Shown here: piece by piece, positions 1 to 12,981 of the stretch
Position numbering within the stretch: the stretch's first letter is position 1
How the letters are laid out: each line of letters starts with the position of its first letter
Source: Eledone cirrhosa
Taxonomy: Eukaryota
Assembly: GCA_964016885.1 (NCBI GenBank)
Contig: OZ024741.1
Coordinates: forward strand, 194,060,001-194,124,000
Direction: 5' to 3'
Length of the DNA: 64,000 bases
Translations under genes and position numbers: made by a program
The notes under the pieces: generated by a model
What the model was told of the DNA's origin: nothing
What the model saw: only the letters and a program-made list of their open reading frames with translations
The model's database searches: none

Positions 1-2835
1 TTTCAATATTCTTATCAGGGCCTTTCATTTCAGTGTATTTGTTTGTTTTGATCACCAGCAAATTGAACAAATCTTAAAAAAACTGATCGCTCCATTCCAA
101 TGTGGGTTTGCTACACTTGAATTCATAGATGTCAGATTCTGATATTAAATCAATCTCTGGATAAATTCTGTTCATTTTCAATAAAAGAATCATTTTTTTT
201 TTGTGCTTTAACTAAATCAGTTTCAGTAAAGCATTAAAAAAAAAGTTCTGTTTTCACTTCCTGATGCCATATTTGTTGATTAAACGTGTTGCTCACTCAC
301 TTTCTCAAAAAGAGAGTGATTATTTGCAACCTGCCCTTATATAAAAAGATTATCTGATTGGTTTAACCCTTTAGCATTCACATTATTTTGAGTTAATCAT
401 ACACAAGAGGGTTATCAATTTTATTTGTTTGTAATTTTCTATGTGCAGACTTGAAATTTTGTCAGATTTGACTTTTATGGGCAGGTGAAATTAATTAACA
501 GGTGTAAAAGTAATGACTTTATCTGACTTACCTGCTGGACTTGTTACAAAAAATATCCAACAATGACCTAAATGTTGACTTCCAAACAGGTGAATTAATT
601 TAAAATGCAGGTATAATCAGTACACAGTTTTAGTCTGTCTCTACATTCCATGCAAGTATTTTCATTGAAAAAAATGTATAAAACCTTTTCACCAGTCAAA
701 ATAATATTGGCAATGTACTCAGTAGATTTTAAAAGAATGTGCTAAATATTTAAGTTCATTAACAGGTGTAAAATGCAGGTGTTTTTGTATCTAATGTGTT
801 CCAATATTTTTTTCAATATTGTCATGATATTGGCCGTTACATATTGGCACTTTGCAAAAGGAACACATAAACGAGGTTTCAATTCCATAACCTTTAGTAG
901 TTTTTCTCTTTTGCAAAGAACACATTCGGCAAACCTTCTTCCTCCACGTTATGAAAATCAATATTTTCTTTGTTCACCTCAGATAATTTTGACCTTCTCC
1001 CAGCTTTGTGTTTCCGAGAAGTATATCCTCCACATAGCTGAGATGCGACATCTGCACAAAATTTCATGTGGCAGTAGTCCTTTGGTGGTGGCGGATCCCT
1101 GTGGCTTTTAGTGAATACAATAAAAGAATTTACAATAGTTAAATTCACTAAAAACCACAATATATCTCCACCATTTCTTCCCAGGGCGTCCAACTGGGTA
1201 GTAGGCACAATACTGGTCAGATTTGTTAACCCCCGCCCATATATTTATTATCAGAGAGGTTGACTAAAGGTTTACCTTCAGCCCCAACTCCTGGTTGTTG
1301 GTTAAAAGATAGGAACAAAATTTGCCATTTGTCTTTGTACAATGTGTGGCTAACATGTTCCTTTTTTGCACTTGGAGAATGTCACCTCTCTTTTAAAATT
1401 TTGTGACTTTTATTTCTTGGAGTAGCCCTTTGCAATTCCCCATTATTGTACCGCAGGTGTACGTATTTACGAGGGCAAGATCCTCTGCTAGAAGCACTGA
1501 AAAAAAAAAACGGTCAAAATATGTGTCTATGTTGAGAGTGAAAGGGTTTGGTCAGACTACACAACATTGTATCCCAATCCATTTTTTCTCCGTTGTGTTT
1601 CTTTCCTGTGTAAACATCAAAGTTTGTACAGTAGCCTGTGTCCAATTCACAGAGTTCCCACACCTTGATGCCCCATTTAGTGGGTTTAGCTGGCATGTAT
1701 TATTTTAAATGTACTCTACCCTTATACCTAATGATAGCTTCATCAACACTAAGATTTTTCCCAGGTATCTATACTGTTTTAAATTTTTCAGATAGCATTT
1801 TAATTACTGGTCAAACTTTATACAGAGGGTCATAATTCAAATCATTTCTACTGGGGGCATTTGAAGTATCAACCAGGTGCAAATATTGGTTTAATTTTGA
1901 ATACCTTGTTTTTGCCATAATGCTTGATATATAAGGGTCACTAAACCTTATATCAGGGCTCCAGTAATTCCACAGTCTTGGAAATTGTTTTATACCAAAC
2001 AATGTTTACGGTAAAAAATGCTTGCATTTTCCGCAGTATCTGTCGGTCGCCATAACAGATCGGGTTTTCTTCGATTTGTCTCAAAAGAGACAAATCGATA
2101 TGCCCAACAGCAAAAGCCACCACTTCGAAGAAAGTTTGTGGCAAAAACAAAAAGAAATAATCCAGTGCTTTAGCATCGGGAGGTAATGTGTGTTGTGGAC
2201 CAGTATTTTCAACAAAATTGGGAACATGTATTGGTGTGGTATTTTTCGACCACGTTGCTGTAATATCTTCAATGGCGTCCTGGAGATCTCCTTCACTTTC
2301 ACTTTCAAAACAATCATTGTCAGACGAAATTTCAGAAATGTAAACATCTGATTCATTTGAAGATAAATCACTAATATCTTTTGTTTCTTGTTCATTCTGA
2401 ATGTTGTTGTGCGTAAAACTTTCACAAGCCATGTTGATACACAAAAAAACTGTTCTACTTTCAACGTTAAAAAAACATGTTGTTTCACTAAATTAAGTGT
2501 TAATTTTCGCGGTAAGGGCCTAATCTCGCAGTAATCTCGAATTGATGAGATTTTGATGACAGTATTGTTTATTTTTAAAACAATATTTTACTGTGGGTGT
2601 TATCGGCCGGTTTCAGGTGGATTGAACAAATGAAGGGGAAATAATTGCGGCCGGTTTTGGGTGGTTTGAACACTAAAGGGTTAAACTAAATTTAGCTTCC
2701 AAATTCATCCAATCACTGAGTATTTTACATCAGAAATGTATCCTTCAGACCACAACTAATTGTGGTTTGAAGACGAATGTGAAATATAAACAATAACTTC
2801 TGTTGTGATTCCAGTCAGGGTTAGGTGGCTAGGGG
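1..2835 (-). mobile_element. Old piggyBac-like element (5' part only), interrupted by a younger piggyBac at the TTAA at 363-366/2681-2684
   Basis: Minus strand shows CCAAT (~358-362), a TATA-like box (~338-345) and an ATG (~270). A decayed acidic N-terminus follows (MASGSEN..FTETDL..LEWS..LLVIKTNKY) that resembles the neighbouring piggyBac transposases. A terminal ...AGGGG|TTAA lies at 2831-2839. Confidence 0.55.
367..2680 (-). mobile_element. piggyBac-like DNA transposon with degenerate PGBD4-type transposase
   Basis: TTAA on both sides (363-366, 2681-2684). TIRs CCCTTTAGCATTCA / rc CCCTTTAGTGTTCA. ORF fragments MPAKPTKWGIKVWELCE, YSKLNQYLHL..YDPLYKV, WFLVNLTIVNSFI, broken by frameshifts. 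Confidence 0.93.
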
Positions 2836-3640
2836 TTAACAAAAAAGTTAACTTTAATTTTTTTTTTCCCCAGAAGTTTAGTGAAGAAATATATAAGTTG
2901 TATTTAAGACTAAATATTTTGTAAAAAAAAACAAAAAAAAACACTCGAAGACTAACTTTACTTCACTTAAAGTCTGCTTACCTTTCCAGAGATGGGTACA
3001 TTTTCAAACATGATAGCTACTATATAACCAATCAAATTTACACCCTATTCTATAGTACAGCTCATTTTTCCAGAATGCATATCACTACTATTGCATCACA
3101 GAAAACACTTTTTGCCTCTCAAACCAACACCACTCATGCTTAGACATTCAATACTATCTGTCTGTTTCATTCTTCCCATTATATTTCATTTTAAACAACA
3201 AGAGTCCTAGAGATTTTCTGTTCATTAATCTACAGTTCAAAAGATATTTAAACTTTACAAAAAATTATATCTTCAAAGTAAGATTGTCATTTGCATGCAT
3301 GGTCCCTGAACATCTGAAGTCATTTGGGAATTTAAACCTGGCTGAGCCCATCCCCAACAATAACTCACTCCAACTGATTTCTTCCGGGGAGAGAAATAAA
3401 AAATCAGAGAGATAGAAGAATCAAAGCCAATATTGAACCAGTACTTTATCGACCTTCAAAGGATAAAATACAAGGTTGACTTCAGCAGGACAAATACTGT
3501 GAAGCATTCTATCCAATATTCTACTGACTCTGCCAATTCACCACCTAAAGGTTGTCATTTACCAACAAATTATATATCATACCATCAGATATTCAAAATA
3601 GTTCTGTAATACTTGCTATACGCATTAAGTGAGTCTTTAA

Positions 3641-6178
3641 CCCTTTTGTTACCAAACTGCCCAAAGCAGCCCGAAAAAAATTTTGGTTCATGTGACCAAG
3701 CCACCCAAAACCGCCCGTACTTACACATTCATATTTAAATGAGAATAACAGAGCAAATCTCGTTAGTACATTCGTGAAAACACGTGATTATACTACGTAA
3801 ACAATTGAGCTACAGTTTTGGACAATGATCGACGTGTTATTTTAATTCTGTGAATTTTGGGAGATTGTTTTCCAAATTTGTTCCTGTTGTGTTTTGAAAA
3901 TTTGAAATTCTGACAAAAAATGGATACCAATTTCATTCAGTCAAGCAGCAAGTCAGAATTCAAAGGATTTTCCACTGAAGACCTTGAAAAATCTAACTCT
4001 ATAACTGAAAAAAAAAGCACGTGGTATTTGATAATGAATCCGATGTTTCATTTTCCGAAAGTGAAAACAGTGAATCCGAGAGCTCCGATGACAGCGATAA
4101 AGAAAATGAATTGGCACCTGAATGGAGTAAAAATTTAAAAACTGTTTCTTTCAGTGATTTTTGTGAAGAAACTGAACCAAGTCAGTCTATCCCAGGAGAG
4201 CAAAGCTTTAGACTATTTCCTTTTACTTTTTCCTCTGAGCTTGTTTGAAATCATTACAGCGGAAACAAACCGTTACGCTGAAAGTAAGGATAGTTTGTGG
4301 TAAAAAGGATAGTAAAAAAAGGATAGTTTGTGGTTTCCCACAAGCTTAAATGAAATTAGAGCTTATTTTGCCATAAATATTATTATGGGCATTAGAAAGC
4401 TACCCAGAATTACAAATTACTGGAGTAGCGATGGACCCTTTGGAGACGAATATGTCTCAAGTATAATGACGAGGACACGGTTTTTAAAATTAACGCAATA
4501 TTTACATGTAAGAGACACGAGCAGTACACCAGTACGTGGAGAACCAAACAAAACACATATAAAACAGTTTACAAACCAGGGAGATATTTATCTATCAATG
4601 AGGGTATAGTGGGCTATAAAGGCCGAGTGCGTTTTCGACAATATATGCCAGGAAAACCCACAAAATGGGGTTTCAAAGTTTGGAAGATTTGAGAATCGAA
4701 TACTGGGTGCTGCTCTGGATTTGAATTTTATACTGGCAAAAGAGACAATTATGTAAGTCAGCATGGCCTAGGGTATGATGTGGTCTGGAATTTATCACTT
4801 CCATACCATAACCAGTGCCGTATATTATTTTTTGACTGGTTTTTCAGTTCGGTCAAACTTGCGGGGAATTTAGATACTGTGGCAACACATACATGTGCTA
4901 CAGTGATCGCTAGTAGAAAAGGACTGCCGTTGGGTATAAAAAAAGCAAAATTTAAAAAAAAAGGTGAAATAATTCAACGGCAGAAAGGAAATTTGTTAGC
5001 GACCACATACAGAGATAAGAGGCAGATCAATTTTCTGTCTACCTGTGCACGGCCACATGTGGATGAAAATGGCACCCCATTTGTGAATCTCGATTATAAC
5101 AGGTACATGGGTGGTGTAGATCGGATGAAACAGATGATGTCTTATTATCCAGTTGGCAGACCGGGGAATAAATGGTGGCGATACCTGGTTTGGTATATAG
5201 TAAATATGAGTATTACTAATGCGTTTATACTATATACCAAATCGGGACCGGCTCGAAAGCGATGCGACCATCTGCAGTTCCGAGCAAATGTAGCAACACA
5301 ATTAAGAGCTGGTTATTCCTAAAAAAAAATAACTGTAGGTAGAAAAAACAAAGCCTGCCAGAGAGATATTCCTCTGAATTCAGCCGATCTCCATAAATTA
5401 GAAAAAAAAAAAGTGGAAGGTCTGTTGAAACAACTTTCCAATGTGCATTCTGCAAGGTTGCATTATGTAGAGCAGGGTGCTTTACAAGTTTTCATGATAG
5501 GAATATTGTTTGATTTGTATATATGTGTGATTTTATTTTATTAATATTTTCAAATTTACTTTGTTTTTATTTTTCTTTATGTGTAATTTTAATTTACCTG
5601 TTATTTTAATTTACCTGAAAAGTGAATGACGAGTTTTGATTAATTTCTTTTGTAAATCATTATTGTATATTTCTGCATATCTATGTATGTGGGAGAGCTT
5701 ATTTAATCTAGTTGATGGTGTGTGTGTATTTTGTTTTCTAGTTTTCTTCACAGACAAATTCCAGTCTTTCGTTTTATTTATACCTTTATGGTACACCTGT
5801 CTTTTGTGTGTTTAAATTCACCTGATAAATCCAGTAATGTGCACAACTCTTCTATAGTAAAATGTTGTTGTATACCCAATTGAATATTAGCTAATAACCC
5901 ATTTTCTATAGCGATGTTTGAACAAAATTGAAATAATTTCATATTTTGTTGAATTTACCTGTATTTACCTGTAATTAGAGTCACTTTGAGACAAAAATTA
6001 TGGAATAGAATTGGTTGAGAACCTTTCGTTAAATTTTCTTCCAAAAATCACATTAATATGTTGATAAATAAAAAAGTTAGAGTTGTTTAATGAAACCAGA
6101 CTAAATTTATGATTATGTTAGAAATTAATTGAAACACATAAGGGGTGTATTTTGGTTAGAAATATGGTAACGAAAGGG
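3641..6178 (+). mobile_element. piggyBac-like DNA transposon (second family), degenerate transposase
   Basis: TTAA flanks (3637-3640, 6179-6182). TIRs CCCTTTTGTTACCA / rc CCCTTTCGTTACCA. Motifs MTRTRFLKLTQYLH, YMPGKPTKWGFKVW, FFDWFFSS, DYNRYMGGVDRM, and a C-terminal Cys-rich CAFCKVALC..C. Confidence 0.93.
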
Positions 6179-6427
6179 TTAATCCAATTTTAATTCAGTT
6201 GTAATTATTGCAATGGTGTGTGACATTCATTCATCACACCTTCAACTCATTAGTCATGCATATACTGTGTCTATATAAATATATAGTCCTATTTCTAACT
6301 ATCTTTTGATGAAAGAATAGTGTCCAAAACAAACTCTCTTCTTACTATTTCGAGTAGTAAACTAATATATTTCTCCCAGGTAGTGCCGTTTTTGTTATTT
6401 CTGTTTACCTTTTACACACACATATAC

Positions 6428-6462
<35 letters not shown>

Positions 6463-6554
6463 TGTATCTCCATAACTTTACTGCTTTCTTTCAGTCTGTG
6501 ATCATTCTGGAACACTGCCTTCAAAGGTTCAATATCAGTCCCTCCCCACATATT

Positions 6555-9500
6555 TATTATATAAAGATGATCTGGTTCTTATAGCTGAATCCACAAAAGA
6601 ACTAGAGATCGAATTCAGACTGGAAACATAACTTAGAATCAAAAGAAGTGAGATCAAACTTAGCAAAAACAAAAGTATTTGCGATAGTTGCTTAATTAAT
6701 ATCTTTGTGTCATCGCCTGTTAGTCGTAGCCATTGTGCTTCATATTAAGTGAAATCTCAGGAGTAAATCTCTTGGAATCACGAGGAAGGACACGGCAGCC
6801 ATCAAAAAAAGGGTGTCACCAGTCACCAGAGCAAATGAGTACAAAGAATGAGCTGTGTAATTTACCGTTAATAAAAGCTTTTATTAAAACCCTTTATTAA
6901 CGTGTATTACATAACAAATGACGACGAGAATGACAAACAGAAAACATTTGAACCTTAACGACTTGGAAGAAGACAATGCCTGGCTGATACAGTTCGACAC
7001 AAAACTATTATGCAGTGATGTTGAAGATGTCAAAAAGAAACCAATGTTTCTTTCTACCTGTGGATTCGAGGCTATAATGAATAAGACTTGAGGATACTAC
7101 ATACCAGCAAATAATGGACACGTTACATCAACTAATAAAGCTGAAGGAAAGACTGTTAACTGCGGACAGACTCAAGTTATTGGAGTTAAAACAACTCGAC
7201 AGCGAGTCAGTCAACGATTTTCTTCTTAGGATTAATTCTCAAGCTTCCTTTTATCACTTAAATAGGATGAAAGAAAATCCAGCAGAAATTATGAAGCTCA
7301 TTTTCATCGCGGGATTATCGACAGAGGTAAAATTGAAAATTTTAGATCAGTTACAATGTAATTCTAAAATGAAATACACTGAAATAGCTACTTTCGCATT
7401 CACTATCAAAATAGGATCATAAAGTAAACATTAATGAGATTTCAAACGAGGCTAGATCCATCGACAGTTTTATGTTTAACATTAACAACAATCGCGTAGA
7501 CAATACGGGTTTCTGCAAGTGTTTTATAAACAATAGAAGCATTGATATGAAACTAGATATGGGTGAAGTTTGTTCAATAATCCCATTTTCATTCAATTCA
7601 CAGCTAAATATCCCAATCGAACCATGTCACAAATGCTTAACCACTTTTGATGGTTCAGATCTAAAGGTGGTTGGATGTGTCTGAGTAAGATTTAAATTCA
7701 ACGACACCGATGGACCTCGTGGCTTCATTGTAGTAGATACAACTTTGGACTGATTGGAAAATACATTATTAAAGACAGTTCATTTTGTTTTAACTTAAAC
7801 ATGAACGTGTTCCCGGAAGTTAAATGTTTTGTGACTCGTGTTAACTTCTCTGATGACAGTTATAGCAGGATGAGTTCAGTGAGACGCGTTCCAGTCCATT
7901 TAGAAAATGAAGTTAAGGATGAGTTACAGAAGTCAGAAATGATGGGTGTCATCACACCATCAGATGTGCCTAGCCCATGGTCTGGTTGAGAAAGAAAAAT
8001 GGATCACTCCATATGTGTGTTGATTATAAAGCTCACTTAAATGCGTATATTGACACCTATTCTTTTCCCATACCAGCAACTGATACTATTTTCTCCGGTA
8101 TGTCAGGTGCAAAATTTTTCTCAACACTTGATCTAAAGCATGCATATTGGCAAATACCTTTGGCAGAGGACGCAAGGCGCATTTGCACTATCAATACAAC
8201 CAATGGTCTATACCTGGTTAACAGACTTCAAATAGGCCATAAGAATTCAAGTGGTATATTTTAAAACTGTATGGAGACTCTACTAAAGAGGATCGAAGGA
8301 GTCATGGTATCCCAAGACGATATCCTCATCTATTCTAATAGCGAAGCAAAGCTAACAAGCAGAGAAAATGCGGTAGTTGCAAGGCTAACCAAGGCGCAAT
8401 TCTCTATAAACAAAGACAAGCCATTCACCAGAAGAAGAAATTTGACTTTACTGGGAATGAATATATCTGAAGAAGGAATTTCTCCATCTCATGAATTGGT
8501 GGCAAAACTAAAAGATATACAGGTACCAAAATCGAAGGAGGATATCGATAAAATATTAGGTTTAACAAACTATTATAGAAGATTTATCCTAGCATATGCC
8601 AAAAAGATAGGACCACTCTTAGCAGCTAGATCTAAAGAGTTCTAGTGGTGTAAAGAGCAAGATAAGGCCTTCGGAAGCTCCAGTTTTGCAGCCATATTCA
8701 ATGAAGAAAAAGAGCACTCTCACTGTAGATGCATCCTTAATTGCAGTAGCTGGTGTATTATCCCAGGAGGGACACCAGTAGCTTTTATAAGCCACAGCTT
8801 TACCCATTCACAATGGAATTCGTGGAACATAGAGAGAGAGGCCTATGCAGTAGTATGGTGAGTGGATAGACTGCAGTATTTCAATCTGGGAAAGCAATTC
8901 TGTTTGGAAATGGATCACCAGCCTTTAAAAACACTCTTCACGAAGGTTTTAGATGTATCTCGACAAGCTTCACAGAAAATAGCCAGTTAGTAACAACTGA
9001 GCAACTTGCCCCGCTAAACATACAGGAACCAGAATTGAGTGATTTAAGCATCACACCTAGGGCAGAGGTTCATACTGATTCTGCAAGGATGCCTAACAGT
9101 GATGGTACGGGTCTTCAACAAATGTTCATATCAAGTCCACAAGTTTGACGCAACACAGGAGTTATAGACGGATCAGAACAACCTATTGTCGACAATGTTA
9201 GTCGTCAGAAATCAAATACATTAATTTCATTAAGTCCACAATTAAGGCGAAGTGCAAGAATTGCAGCAGGATGTAAAAGCCAAAATGTTTTGAGGAGGAA
9301 TAATGTGATAGTTGCTAATTAGTATCTTAGTGTCAACGTCTGCTAGTCATGGCCATTGTACTTCATATTACGTGAACTCTCGGCTAAGTCTCGTGGAGTC
9401 ATGGGGAGATGAGCAGGCGAGAAGGACACGGCAGCCATCAAAAAAGAGCGTCACCGGTCAGCAGAGCAAAGTACAAGGAACGAACTGCGTAATTTACCGT

Positions 9501-10360
9501 CAATAAAAGCTTTTATTAAAACCCTCTATTACGTGTCTTACATAGCAGTATTAATATGTAGGAAAGAAGACATGGCCCTGATCCCATCAGAGAAAATGCC
9601 TTGTTTGATATGCAGAAAAAACAATTAGGTTGAAACTCTATACTCTGTACACAATGCAAATCTTGCATACATGAGATGTAGCAGAATAGCAGGCTGACTA
9701 ACAGGAAAGGCAGGCCTTGTATGTAATAGATGTTCAGGGAAAATTGCTAGTAAAAGTGTCAGTGATATAAACCTTTTTTCAATCCCAGGTAGGATTTATA
9801 GAAGCAGTTGATAGCTTCTGCTATCTAGGTAACCAAATTAACAGTGGAGGAGGGTGCTCCAGGGACACAGTAGCTAGAATAAGAATGGGATGGAAGAGGT
9901 TTTGAGAGCTACTACCCCTGTTGACAACAAAAGGTTTCTCCTTAAGATCAAAAGGTTAGCTGTATAATGCCTGTGTGTGATGTGCAATGTTGCATGAGTA
10001 GTAATTGCAGAGGATATGCGAAGGCTGGAAGAATAGATGTGCAATATGAATGTGCATGAACAACAAAGTATGGATGAACTGAAAGAGAAACTGAGTATAA
10101 AAGAAATCAAATGCTTGCAAAAGAGAAGACTGCGCTGGTATGGACATGTGGTGCACATGGATGATAATTGCTGGATGAAGAGGTGCCAAGAAATCCCATT
10201 GAAAGGAAGTCACAGTAGAGGAAGACCAAGGAAAATTTGGGTGAAAGTTATGAGAGTTGATGAAGCTCATGACAAAGAATCACATGTCGAGAAATGCTGT
10301 GCTGAAAAAGACCCACCCAACCCATGCAAGCATGGAAAAACAGACATAAGATGATGATGA
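6555..10360 (+). mobile_element. 5'-truncated RTE-clade LINE, split by the LTR element at 6680-9547
   Basis: A Y.DDLVLIAES-like RT segment at ~6560-6679 continues at 9553 into a CxxC region, then SFCYLG, RRLRWYGHV, RGRPRK. It ends in a (GAT)n tail like the other RTE copies. Confidence 0.85.
6680..9547 (+). mobile_element. Ty3/gypsy LTR retrotransposon, internally deleted (no integrase visible), degenerate
   Basis: LTRs 6680-6916 and 9304-9547 with TG...CA ends. 5-bp TSD GTATT (6675-6679, 9548-9552). PBS-like TGACGACGAG at 6919 and purine tract GAGGAGGAA before the 3' LTR. Gag-like ORF, protease (LDMGEVCS), RT (LHMCVDYK, LDLKHAYWQI, SQDDILI) and RNase H (TVDAS). Confidence 0.93.
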
Positions 10361-10431
<71 letters not shown>

Positions 10432-11554
10432 TATATATATATATATATACATGCATCAATTCTGCTCAAGCCTCACCAATATTATACATCAACTATGTTC
10501 TGCCTCACCAATATATATATATATATACACACACATATACATACAACAATTATGCTCTCCCTCATCAATATATATACATCCATTGTGCTATCCTTTGCAA
10601 TTTTAAACAATATAGATCCAACAGACTTCCGCATAATTTCTGACTTCCAAATTTTGTTCACAAAGAATTGATCAATCCAAGGCTGCTGTGCAGTTAGATC
10701 AAACCCAGAATGACATGGTCAGGGTTACAAAGAGAACTTCATAACAACAAATAAATAATTACAAAAGATTCATTCTGCCAAAGATTTACTGGTTCAAAAT
10801 AAAACCAAAACAAAATTATCTATTTGATCTCCGAGTTTATAAACTTGTTTAGACATTTTTGTAAATATACCAGAAAATGGACAGGATTTACTGCTAACTG
10901 ATTAAAGAGTAAAAACTAACTGACCATGCAGGTACATGGAATTCCATCGTTTCCGATGAGTGCTCCAGTTGTTTCTATCAACAGAACAGTTACTTGTGAA
11001 ATTAACATGCAAGTGACAGAGCATTCCAGACATGTGCAACCTTAATATATTTCTCAGGGAAATTCAGCTTAACAGTTATAAGGCTGGTCCCCTGAATTAC
11101 AGATACAACTCATTTTTGCTAGTTGAGAGGATTGAAGCAATATGAAATAAAGTGTATTGTTCAAGGTTAAAATGCGCCTCCTGATCCAGGAATCGAGCTC
11201 ATGATCTTACAATCGTGAACCTAGCATCATAACCACAAAGCCACATGCCTTCACTCATCATACTTGGAAACAAATTTCTACATATTCTTGTGGTAGAACA
11301 ATTTTATCTTCAAAGTAGTAATATTTTTAATAATTATTTTAATGTTTATTTTGAGAAATTTAAAATGAAATAAATGTTAGGAATATTTATAAATTAATCC
11401 AAAATGTTAGAAATTTCCAACAGTTATTCCAACTGTATTAATTTAAAGTTCAAATTACTGGTAATAATGGTTGTTTCTCTTGGCCATACAACAGTCTTGA
11501 TGTAAGCAATCATTGGCAGAGTGAAAACAGACAGGAAGAAATAAAAACAAAAAC

Positions 11555-11721
11555 TTAACAGTAGCATCCTTGAAGTTTTTTATGCTTTATTGGTGATATA
11601 GCAGACTTTCCACGTTCTTCACTTGATTGGACGATTTGTACGAAGACTGACAAGATGAACCAGTCAGCTAGAACTGAAACTAAGAGGGAAGAGCTTCTTC
11701 CCACACTGATTGCCAATATTC
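11555..11721 (-). other. Candidate alternative terminal exon or 3'-UTR exon of Caprin
   Basis: Strong acceptor TTCCTTTTTACTCCACATAG|G. Read in phase 1, as required after exon 16474-16256, it is open for 55 aa to TAA. An AATAAA lies downstream at 11350-11345. Confidence 0.45.
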
Positions 11722-11862
11722 CTATGTGGAGTAAAAAGGAAGAGTAGGAAATTACAAAGAACGAAACTGTATATAAAAAGTGAACAGGTTTGGTGTGATA
11801 GAGAAATTATTGTATATAACATGTGGGAAGGGTTGGGGTCACAACAATGGAGCTGTACAAAT

Positions 11863-11900
<38 letters not shown>

Positions 11901-12736
11901 TAGCTGTATAAAGGTTCAAGATGCTAGAGTCTGAAAGAACAGCTGAAAAGTCGCTAAACCAGCATTAATTCTGCACGATAGAAAAAGCAGTAAATGAGAT
12001 ATTGAGTGGCTGAGGCAAGATGTTACAGCAGCTCATACTATGTTTCGTAAATAGTTGGTTGTGGTTGTGGTTGTGGTGGTGGTGGTTCTGGTGTTTGTAA
12101 GGAGAGGGAGAGGGGGTTACAGTTGTTGCCTGTTGAAGTTGCCTTGCCACTCCTATACCACTGAATAACCACTCAACATCAAATACTTACAAGGGACAGA
12201 AGGAACAGTAAGATGGGAATATTAAAAAAAAAACACAGGAAGAGAGAAAAGGTCAGTGAAAATGAGTAAAGAGCAGAATTGTGGGAGATTTATTGATTCC
12301 AAAGTTCCTAATTCACCATTGAAAAACTCTGCTCGGTTTTAACAAATTCATACATTTACTGTTTATTTCTTAAGTTACTAATAAAAAAGGATACTTAACC
12401 AGTAATCAACTAGAATATTATGTTTGTAAAATTCAAAGTGAAAACAGAACCTAAATGTGACCCCATTCTACAGCCCCATATATCAACCACAATAGAGAGG
12501 GGAGGGGGGCCAATAAATCTTCCACAAGACAAGTGTTGATTAGTCGAGAGTGTCAAAAGATTGAGGAAAAATGCCTACAAAAGCATCATAATAAAGTGTC
12601 ACCTTGTGACAAGCCACCAAAAGGAGAACCATTGCTTTTGCAATTAGAAAGAGAGAGGGGGGGGGGAGAAAGTGTTGCCTATTGGTGGCCAGTCATTTAT
12701 ACGACCCATCACACAGTTTCTATGCTCCAGAATTTA

Positions 12737-12834
12737 CTACTGCGCCAGAGTTTGTTGGGAAAAGGTAGTTCGGGCAAGCCCACCATTTCCTCTTCCTCCA
12801 CGGATACCGCCAGTTCGTGGTTGTCCTCGTACAG
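12737..12834 (-). CDS. CAPRIN1: Caprin last coding exon (AVRGQPRTGGIRGGRGNGGLARTTFSQQTLAQ*)
   Basis: Acceptor TTTTCTTGTTTTAG|CT, phase 1 matches the previous exon. RGG-rich tail like the Caprin-1 C-terminus. Tandem stops TAG TAA. Confidence 0.88.
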
Positions 12835-12981
12835 CTAAAACAAGAAAACAACACAACATTAATTAAAACAAACTGATAGTCACAACAAACATTTTAAACT
12901 ATAGACTAAATTTCTACATTAAAAAAACTACTTTTTGTAAGTGAAGAATAAAATAATCAATTCATAATTTATTTAACAAAA

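Noticed and set aside
11965-12150. His/Asn-rich 61-aa ORF in the Caprin 3' region
   Set aside because: Driven by (CAC/AAC)n simple repeats, with a non-ATG start and a weak acceptor. Treated as UTR.
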